A stretch of DNA of 64,000 bases from NCBI GenBank assembly GCA_013239625.1, contig MU053472.1:1567236-1631235 (forward strand). The letters are read 5' to 3'. Shown piece by piece: positions 25,905 through 35,060 of the stretch. Within the stretch, counting starts at the first letter, position 1. Every line of letters starts with the position of its first letter. A program made the position numbers and the translations under genes. The notes under the pieces were generated by a model that did not search any database, had not been told where the DNA came from, and was given only the letters and a program-made list of their open reading frames with translations. Origin of the DNA: Lama guanicoe (lineage: Eukaryota).

Positions 25905-27170
25905 AAAAAAAAAAGACTATATATTTTAGAGCAGTTTTAGGTTCATAGCAAAATTGAGTGGAAGGTACAGAGAGGTCCCATGTACCTCTTGCCTCCACAA
26001 ACCCTCAGCCTCCCTATTGTCAACATTCCACATCAGAGTGGTAGATTGTTAGAATCAGTGACCCTACTCTGACACCTCTTTATCACTTAAAGTCCTCGAC
26101 TTACATGAGGGTTCACTTTTGGTGCTGTACATTCTATGGGTTTTGACAGATGTATGATGACATATACCCACTATTACAGCATCATTCAGAATGCTCTCAC
26201 TGCCCTAAATATCCTCTGTCCTCTGCATATGCCCTGCTCTAAAAATCTTCTGTACTCCCTCCCCTGGCAACCACTGATCTTTTTACTGTTCCTATAGTTT
26301 TGTCTTTCTAGAACACCAGATGGTTGGAATCATATGATATGATATCATACAGTTGCTCTTTCAGCTTCTTTCACTTAGTAATATATATTTAAGTTTCCCT
26401 CATGTCTTTTCCTGGCTTGATAGCTCACTTGTTTTTAGTGCTGGCTAATATTCCATTGTCTGGAGGTACTGCAGTTTATTTATGACAGATAAGTTTTCAA
26501 AAATTAAGATACAGCATACATACCATAGTCTAGATCCCAAGCCTATAGTTTGATGATTGTGTGTTTAAAAGTTAATGTAAGTGTGTAGGTGTGTGTATGC
26601 ACACATAAGTGAAACTGCCACTGAGAACAAAATGTGGAGCATTTTTCTTACCAAGTCAGTATTTACCCCCCCCACCAGTAAGGCAGTCACGATTCTGACT
26701 GTAGCTTAGCTTTGCCTCACACTGAATTTCATATAGAGGTACACAGGATGTGCTGCTTTGTGCCTGTCTTTCATACTGTGTCTTTTTCAGATTCATCCAT
26801 GTTGTTGCATTTTGCAGTACTTTGTATTTTTAATTTTTTTCCCATTACTTTGTTTTATTCCAAGGATTGACTATATCACAGTTTTTTTGTTTTTCTGTTT
26901 TTTAAGCTGTTCTCCCTTTGATGAGCATTTGTGTGTCTGGCTTTTGGCCATAGTGAATAAAGCGCCTGTGAACATAATTGTAGATATGTGTACTTTATTT
27001 CTGGTTACAAACCTAGGAGTAGAATTGGGTTAGGCATGTATTTAACTTTATTAGAAATGACCTGGAGTTTTCCAAAGAGGTTATACCATTACGCACTTCC
27101 ATCCACGACATCACAGAGTTCTGGTTGCTCCATTTCCTGCTACCTTTGGTGTTATCAGTTATTTTTTTAT
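25905..27170 (-). mobile_element. Two adjacent old L1 3'-end fragments (L1MC-like, then L1ME-like)
   Basis: ttttagagcagttttaggttcatagcaaaattgagtggaaggtacagag; later gtgaataaagcgcctgtgaacat...aacctaggagtagaattg. Confidence 0.7.
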
Positions 27171-28915
27171 CATCTTATCAATCTTACAAGTTTGTATGAT
27201 ATCTCTTTTACAGAAGAAAAACCTTAGGCTTTTTTGATGTAATCATTTTCTCTTTGGTTAGATAGCTGTTGCAAAACTATCTTCAGTCAACAGATTATAT
27301 CAGGATAGGTTTACAATACCAGTAAAACATGACAAAGTCTTTTAAAAGTGGAAAAAGCTGTAAGCCAAAATTGGCTTATCTGTAGCGCGGTTTTCTCTCT
27401 TTCCCTTTTCTATTGGACATGTATTCGGCACGGAATAAAATAACGAGTTCAAGGGAATCCAGTTCGTGTGTCTGAGTGATTACGAAGTGTTTATGACAGC
27501 TGCTAGGCTGACACTCTCTATAATGGTGTTACATTGACTTCTGAACACCTTCCAGTCTGCCTCTAGGCGTGTGTGTCTGTGTAGTCTGAGTGGTTTTACA
27601 TTAACATCTACCCTGAGTAAGATCTTTTGACTACAGAAGTGTTACTTGCAAATGGAAGATACCATTAGGGCTGCTTCAAAGCTCTGGAATGGTATTTGGT
27701 TTGGTGGTGCTTTAGTAACGGCTGGGGTTTTGAAGTGTAATGTCTAAATCTGCGTTGCATAACCGGAGGAACGTGTGACCTTAAACTGCTTTTCTTTGAT
27801 CTTCCTTTCAAAAATCAGGCTGAGGGGAAAAGGTTAAAGTTGCCTTAAAATATTCTGCTCTATGTGTGTAAAAATTTGGAAGTATGAAGATATGATTACA
27901 AGTTCCGTTCATTATTTATGTTCTGCGGTTTTCATACTGTTCTTGAAACTCACTTCCTTCTTGCCTCAAGTTTTGTATTTTGAATTTAGTGTCAAGACCA
28001 AAATACTGACTTGGTTGCCGTCTGCTTTATGTGGTTAGCAAGTATCTGTTCTATAAGTTGTTAGTCCTCACAAATATGCGTTTTAGGTGGTTTTTGTGGT
28101 TTACATTTTTTTTCTTGATGGCATACAGAGTAGGTTACAGAGATACTGACACTCTGACATTAACTGAATCATTTGTGGTTAGCTAGGCAAAAATAAAACA
28201 AAAAACTTATCCCCTTCTTCCTCCTACTTTTAGGAGCTTTCAAAAGAATTACTTTTTACCATTAGGAGTGCTTTCCTCAAACTGTGCTATCTTGAGTTTT
28301 TGAAATTGTTGGAGCAGAACTACAGCACATAAAATAACCCCCTGGCAGTGACTGTGACTTTTTCGAGAAAAAAGGCCTGAGTTTAAAAACTGTTCTTGAA
28401 TACAGTTTATTAATAGGAGATTCTGATGGCTCTTTGATCTGGTCATTTTAAGGAAGTATTTTTCTTTGTTTCCTTATGTCTGAAATGAAAATATATCATC
28501 AGATTGCCGACTCCAGAGAGAGAGCTTGCTTTGTAGTTATGATAACCACTCACGTGGCGAGGTGCCGTTCTTCTGTTGCTTAGGAACTGAATACTTTAGA
28601 ATAAGATGACACTTCCCTGTCCTTCACCTATCTCTCTTTTTTTATATTTTTATCCTTTATATAAAAATTGTATAGATGCATATATATTTACCTTTTCTCC
28701 CTAATTAAAAAAAATTATTGTCACTTTGTAAGTTAAACTGTCACCAAAGTCTCCTTTTTAAAGAATTTCATCAGTTCAGTTCTGTTGTCTATATGATTAC
28801 TTAATGTGAAAGTTAGCGAAGTGTAACTTACATACTTATTTATTTAAATAGGCCGAATGAGGCTTTTGTGTTGCTTTAGGAACTGAATTCTTTAGTTTAA
28901 GACCTTATCATGGTG

Positions 28916-29009
28916 AGAGGGTAATAGCTCAGTGGTAGAGCCCGTGCTTAGCATGCCTGAGGTCCTGGGTTCAATCCCTAGTACCTCCATTAGGGAAAAA
29001 AAGAAAAAA
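28916..29009 (+). mobile_element. Vic-1-like SINE (short form)
   Basis: tagctcagtggtagagcccgtgcttagcatgcctgaggtcctgggttcaatccctagtacctcc plus A-rich tail. Confidence 0.88.
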
Positions 29010-29195
29010 GGCTGTCTGTCTCTTCATCCCCCCATCTCTCTGTATTTTTGCCTTTTATCCGTATTTTTGGGGGGGGGGCGGTTATCAAGGAGGGTTAAAA
29101 TGTATTTATGAAATCTTCACTTTTTCCATATATATGTAAGTAAACATTAACAGACTTTTTAAAGCAGATTTAGGTTTACTTAAAAATTGAGCAGA

Positions 29196-29700
29196 CCCCT
29201 GCCTCCCCAGCCTTCCCCCGCGAGCGGACGCGGCAGCGCCTCTGTCTCGCGTTTTAAAATCCCCCCCCTTTCCCCTTCCTTTTTTTTTTTTTTTTTTGCC
29301 CTCTCTCCCCTTCCTCCCACCCCCCTCCTTTTCTCCCTTCCCCTCCCTTTCACCATTTCCCCTCGGAGGCGCTTCCCCCGGGCAGGGGCAGAGCCGGCCC
29401 CACCCCCCCGCCTCTCCCCGGCCCGCGCCGCCGATGGAGAGAGGGAACCCTGTCCCCACCCGGGCACAAGCGGCGGCGGCCTCAGGTCCAGGGGTGTCAC
29501 GGAACTAATTCGCTGCCCGACCCGCCGGCTGCAGCTGTGCGGCCCGCGCCCGCGCCCTCTGGCCCCAGTCCCCCTCTTCTCCTTCCTCAGGCGGCCCCAT
29601 CCTCGTCCCGTGCGCCCATCTGCTGCGCGCTGAGGAAAGTGAGGTGGTAACGGCCCCCGGATGACCCCGCGTCACCTCTGGGAGGCCTACAGCTCTGCCG
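29196..29700. promoter_or_regulatory. CpG-island-like segment derived from the CCNI 5' UTR
   Basis: About 43 CpG in about 505 bp by hand count, in an otherwise CpG-poor, AT-rich window; activity not demonstrable from sequence. Confidence 0.7.
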
Positions 29701-31988
29701 GGGAGGAGGAGGAGGAGGAAGAGGAGAAGGTAGCTGCATCAAGCTGGATGGCAGGAAGATCCAAAGGATATCATGAAGTTTCCAGGGCCTTTGGAAAACC
29801 AGAGACTGTCTCCTGTTGGGAAAGGCAGTCTCTAGGGAAGCAGGTGAATGTGCCAAAAATGCCTACAAATCAGAATGTTTCTCCATCCCGGAGAGATGAA
29901 GTGATTCAGTGGCTGGCCAAACTCAAGTACCAGTTCAGTCTTTACCCAGAAACATATGCACTGGCTAGTAGTCTTTTGCACAGATTCTTAGCTACTGTGA
30001 AGGCCCACGCAAAGCACTTGAGTTGTAGTGCAATAGAATGTTTTTTCCTGGCTGCCAAGACTGTTGAGGAGGATGAGAGAATTCCAGCACTGAAGGTGTT
30101 GGCAAGAGATAGTTTCTGTGGATGTTCTTCATCTGAAATTCTGAGGATGGAGAGAATTATTCTGGATAAGCTGAGCTGGGATCTTCACCCAGCCACACCA
30201 CTGGATTTTCATCACATTTTCCATGCCATTGCAGTGTCAGCTAGGCCTCAGTTACTTTTTAGTTTGCCAAACTGAGCTCATCTCAACATTTGGCTGTCCT
30301 CACCAAGCAACTACTTCACTGTATGGCCTGCAACCAACTTCTGCAATTCAAAGGATCCATGCTTGCTCTGGCCATGATTAGTCTGGAAGTGGAGAAACTC
30401 ATTCCTGATTGGCTTCCTCTTAGAATTGAACTGCTTCAGAAAGCACAGATGGATAGCTCCCAGCTGACCCGCTGTCGGGAGCCATGGCACATCACCTTTC
30501 TACTCTGCAGTCCTCCCTGCCTCTAAATTCTGTTTATGTCTACTGTTCCCTCAAGCATGCCCTGGTGACCTGTGACAAAGGAGTGTTCAGATTACATCCC
30601 TCCTCTGCCCCAGGCCCAGAGTTCTCCAAGGACAACAGCAAACCAGAAGTGCCAGTCAGAGGTCCAGCGCCTTCTACCATCATCTCCCAGCTCGAATGGG
30701 TGCAAGCATACCTCTGCTGAATGCAAAGTAGAGGAAATGAAAGTGAACACCTTCTACGATGAGATCAAATGGCTCTGTAATGAAGATAATGCTTCAGAAA
30801 ATGTGTGTTCTGTGTATGGCACTGATTTATCAAGGCAAGAGGGACATGCTTCCTTTGTCTACCTTTGCAGCCTGTTTCTGTCATGTAGCTTCAAGGGTTA
30901 CCTTCAAGTGCAAACTAAGGTAGACTACTACTCTGGGAATGGGAACATGGAAAACCAGGAGAGGCTATAGAAAGGTGTATACCTTATCAGGCTGATTTGA
31001 AATGAGCCAGAAAAAAAACATTTATTTGTATGGCTAATTATAAGTCAACATTATTTAAGCACTTAAAGACCAAAAACAGTGTAAAATTCAAGATTGAAAA
31101 AATTTTTTAACTAAAAAATTTGTTTGTAGTGTGTCAGTTCCACCCTTTTCTCTGCTTAAATGTAATGTAGATTACCCTGTGTCAGAAATTCAGTATATTT
31201 TTTTTAAAGTTCCAAAATTCCTAGCTAGCAAACCCTGTCCCAGAATCCTGATTTAATTTTCATCTTGCTTTTACTTGCTGCTGCTTTGAATACTTACTGA
31301 ATTTTATGCGTGTTGATCTTCTCCTGACTTCCACTGATGAGGAAACCCTCAAATTTTCTTTAGCGATTTAGTGAACAAATTCTTTGTGTAACAGCCCTGT
31401 TTAATCCATGATTCAAATTCAAATTAATCTGGAAAAGGTACTTCAGAATTGCCTCATGAATGAGAAGAAGTTATAAAAAAGGACTCCCATTACCATGTTG
31501 ATTTGTTTGTCTCCTTTCAATTTCTAGAGTTTGGAAACAAAATTATTTTCACTTTTGTTTATTTTAAATTGAAGCTTAAAAGTGGCATGTGATTAGGACA
31601 CTTAGATTTGTTGAAAGCATTTTTGACATTCGTATAAAAGAATTTGATAAAATTGGTATATCCTGGTGCTCACCAAAGAAATATGTTCTGTAACAGCTGA
31701 AATTGATTTTTTTTTTTGGATAACTGATCAATTCACTCATTTATAATCAGTAGGAGAGACTGACTAGATGTTGGAGCAGCTCTATGACTTGGATCGGTAG
31801 TATGTAATAGCTGAATTCAGTGCCCTAGTTTTATGTTTAGCTATTAGGATTTTCTAGAAAAAGTTAATACCCCTGCCTCCCCAGCCTACCTATATTTCTT
31901 CATGACTTAGGGATCCTGAGCTCCCTGTGCAGTCTGAAGAAGATATTGCAGTCAGAACCATGTACTGATGATAAAAGCCTCTGGTAGC

Positions 31989-31994
31989 AATAAA
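31989..31994 (+). terminator. AATAAA polyadenylation signal of the retrocopied CCNI mRNA
   Basis: 16 nt upstream of the A-run and TSD. Confidence 0.8.
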
Positions 31995-33789
31995 GCTTGT
32001 CCTTAACCTTAAAAAAAAATTGAGCAGAAAGCACAGAGCTCTTTTTAAGAACTTCATTTCAGTTACGTCTCTATGATTGGTACATGTGAAACAATTAGAA
32101 AAGATTGATAACTACATTTGTTAATTTACGTGAGCTGTTTTTATATCACTGATGGTAAGAAAACTGTTTGCAGGTAAAAACATTATATAAACACAGGCAG
32201 GTTGGAATGACTGGGGGATATTTGCCAGAGAGAGTGGCAACTGCTTGGATCGTGAGCCGGAGTGTGAGGACTGATGTGTTAAGAGCTGCTGCCCAGATGA
32301 GGTGCTGTTGGCCCCCTTGGTTGTCCTTTTCTTGGGAGCTGAAAAGCTTAGGAAGTAATTCACCAGTGCGTTCCAAGTTGTACCAGAATGTGTTTCATGA
32401 CATGGTATTATCACAGATTTTCAAGTATTAAATATTAACATGTTTTGAAAACAGTAGGGCAAGGGGAAATTGTGCTAAGTACCATTAAGATTGAATAATG
32501 AGGCCAAAATAGACTTAATCATTTATTTATCAGTACATTAATTCAACTAGCGTCTTCTTGATTTAACTCTCTCTTGAGTGTCAACTATGTGTTACGTATT
32601 TTAAATCACACAGTTGCTTTGTTAGATATGTCACTGCTGTTATTTTAAGGACAAACTCAGATTTAGCAAATTTGTATGGTTAATAAACACAAGTCCAATT
32701 TATTTTCTGCTATAATAAACTGTTGGAATCACTGATGTTGTTGATGGGTGCTCTTTGTAACTGATGGCTTGGCATATTGTACATACTTGGCAATGTTGCC
32801 ATAGGCCATGATTTTGGGAAAAGAGTAAAATGTCCAGGCTCCCACCTCTTGGCTGCTTTTACTTGGTTTGATTTCCTACGTGGAACCAGAGGCATTACTT
32901 TTCTGGAGAACTCAGACGTGAGAGATATCTTTGAAAGTTAGGATGTGCTTAAGATAAACATGAGGAATTCTTTTTCTGATGTCTTTCATGTCTAGTGGCT
33001 TGGTCCTTTAATCTGTATTTCCAGTCTAAAACTGATCTACTGTGTATGATATAGCCATTTTGAAAAATAGGTAAATTAATGCTCATTTTAATTAATTTAT
33101 TTTAGAGATTAGAGCTTGTTAAAGTATTGATCAGGAAGAACTACTAGTCATATCTTTTGTTTTTGAACTGCTTGAGTAATAGGAGAAAGATAATTTTTGT
33201 ATGTTTCCTATCTTTAAAAGGGACTAAATTTGCTTTGACTGTTTTTGTATGAATTGTTACAAATTAACATTTTTTGACTTCAAGGGATATCATTTTGTTA
33301 TAACTCAACCATCATACCTTAGTAAAGGGGAGAGATTGTTCATTACTGGATTTGGAATTAAGATATGAATTCAGTTAAGTACAGAAACCTCTACTTTTTA
33401 TTTTCCTTTTTCAATTTTATTAGATGGGATTATCACAGTCCAACTGCACATGCACATTATATTGCATGTAAATACATATATACAGTACACTGCACCAGAA
33501 AGCTCTACTTTTTTCCAGAGCTTCTGCAATGAGTTCTCGAATCTCATTCATATTCTGTATTGTTCATCATACCTAGTGCTGGAAATTGAGGGTCCTTCAG
33601 GACAGAAGTCTTACATCATGTGCCCTGATAGAGGACCACTGCGATAAAGGTTGTTTATATACTCAGTTTGAGGCAGCATTGCTTTTCCAAAGGAGACTGA
33701 TTTATGCATTTCATCACTGTGCATAATAGATTTAAATCCATCGTTTCTTAGAATCAAGCAACTGTGTTGGGCACGAGTATTAGACTATT

Positions 33790-35060
33790 CATAACTAAAT
33801 TCCAATAAGCATATGAAAGGGTTGTTCAAGCAACCTCCTTAGTGATAAAGAAAATGCAGATTAAAATCACAGTGGGAATCCCACTGAATGCTTACCAGAA
33901 TGGCAGACACTAATTGTTGGTGAGGATGTGGAGCAGGTAGAGAACTCTGTTAACTCTGGTAAATTGGTACAATCACAATAGAAAACTGTTTTGTTAAAAT
34001 CTACAAAATATGCACATATTCATAATACAAAAGCAATTCCACTAGTAAATACCCCAAAGACGTACTTAAATAAGTTCACTAAATGATATGTGTAAGAATG
34101 TTCATAGCAGTATTCTTTATGACATTATATTAAAAATAGTAAAAACCATGACACTCACATGGACACATCAAAATGAACACATCATAGATTTTATTTAACT
34201 TATTAATTAATAAGATGTTAAGTAAGTTGTCATCGCTGATTCAGAGGAGAATCTGAAAAACCCATATAGGCAATTAGGAATGCTGAAATGGACTTGTTAA
34301 GAGATGCAAACCTACCTAATATTTTATTGAGACTAAAAGGTCCTGCCTGGAATCATCTTTTTTACAAGTGGAATTCTGTTGTATCTCTGCCAGACAATTC
34401 ATTTGCATTTCTGTGGACAAGATTCGATTGCATTACTATCAGTTTCTACACCTTGCAGTATTGTGAAATAGTCCAGTCAGGACAAAGGTCCAGATCCTTA
34501 CAGAATCAAATAACCTCAGAGGGTCCACTAGACAACTCTTGGTAATCCATTGAAAGATTACACAGTAATCTTTTTCCCATGTGAAAGTTTTTTTGTTTTT
34601 GTTTTTGCCATTTTTCCTGACATCTTAAGAGCCAAAAACGAAAACAACCCAGAAATCCATCAATAGTAGAATGGATAAACTGTAGTATTTTCATATAGTG
34701 GAAATCAATATAGCAACAGAAATAAAAAACTGCCATCATGTGCAACAATATGGATGAATTGCACAGGCATGTAATGTGTGAAAGAATCTATTCACAAGAG
34801 AGTGCACGATATGGGATGCCATTTACCTAAAACTGAACAAGTAAAACTTATGTAAAGCTTTAAGTCAAGATAGTGGTTATGGTTATTCTTGAGTTGGGTT
34901 TGTGACTGGAATGGGGTGCGGAGGGACCTCTGAGTATCCATAATGTTCTATTTCTTGATGTCTGTGCTGGTAACAGAGGTGTATTATCATTGAACATTCA
35001 TCAAGCTGTGCATATACCTTAGATTATGTATTATTTCTCTGTTTGTTATCTTTCAATAAA
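33790..35060 (+). mobile_element. Old L1 ORF2 end and 3' UTR, split by an insertion
   Basis: gttggtgaggatgtggagcagg...aagaatgttcatagcag [insert] agccaaaaacgaaaacaacccagaaatccatcaatagtagaatggataaac...ttcaataaag. Confidence 0.75.
34120..34622 (-). mobile_element. Probable solo LTR (possibly LTR37-like) inserted in the L1
   Basis: 503-bp non-L1 block with TG...CA ends (tgtca at both ends on the minus strand) and AATAAA on the minus strand; TSD not clean; family uncertain. Confidence 0.5.

Larger units (their letters stand above)
29196..32014 (+). pseudogene. CCNI: Full-length cyclin I processed pseudogene (5' UTR, disrupted CDS 29773-30888, about 1.1 kb 3' UTR, residual poly-A)
   Basis: Intronless. 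MKFPGPLENQRL at 29773, cyclin-box peptide NQNVSPSRRDEVIQWLAKLKYQF..., ends LQPVSVM* at 30888. Several frameshifting deletions. AATAAA at 31989-31994, A-run 32011-32019, 14-bp TSD aaaaattgagcaga at 29182-29195 and 32015-32028 at a TT|AAAA L1 endonuclease site. Confidence 0.96.

Noticed and set aside
28921..28988. tRNA-like sequence with A and B boxes (and eight similar copies) as tRNA genes
   Set aside because: A-rich tails, TSDs, variable anticodon region and nine dispersed copies identify them as SINEs
29106..29633. Overlapping 106-148 aa ORFs on both strands
   Set aside because: Low-complexity products of the GC-rich, stop-poor CCNI 5' UTR
29773..30888. Functional full-length CCNI gene
   Set aside because: No introns, several frameshifts, TSD and poly-A: a retrocopy that cannot encode full-length cyclin I
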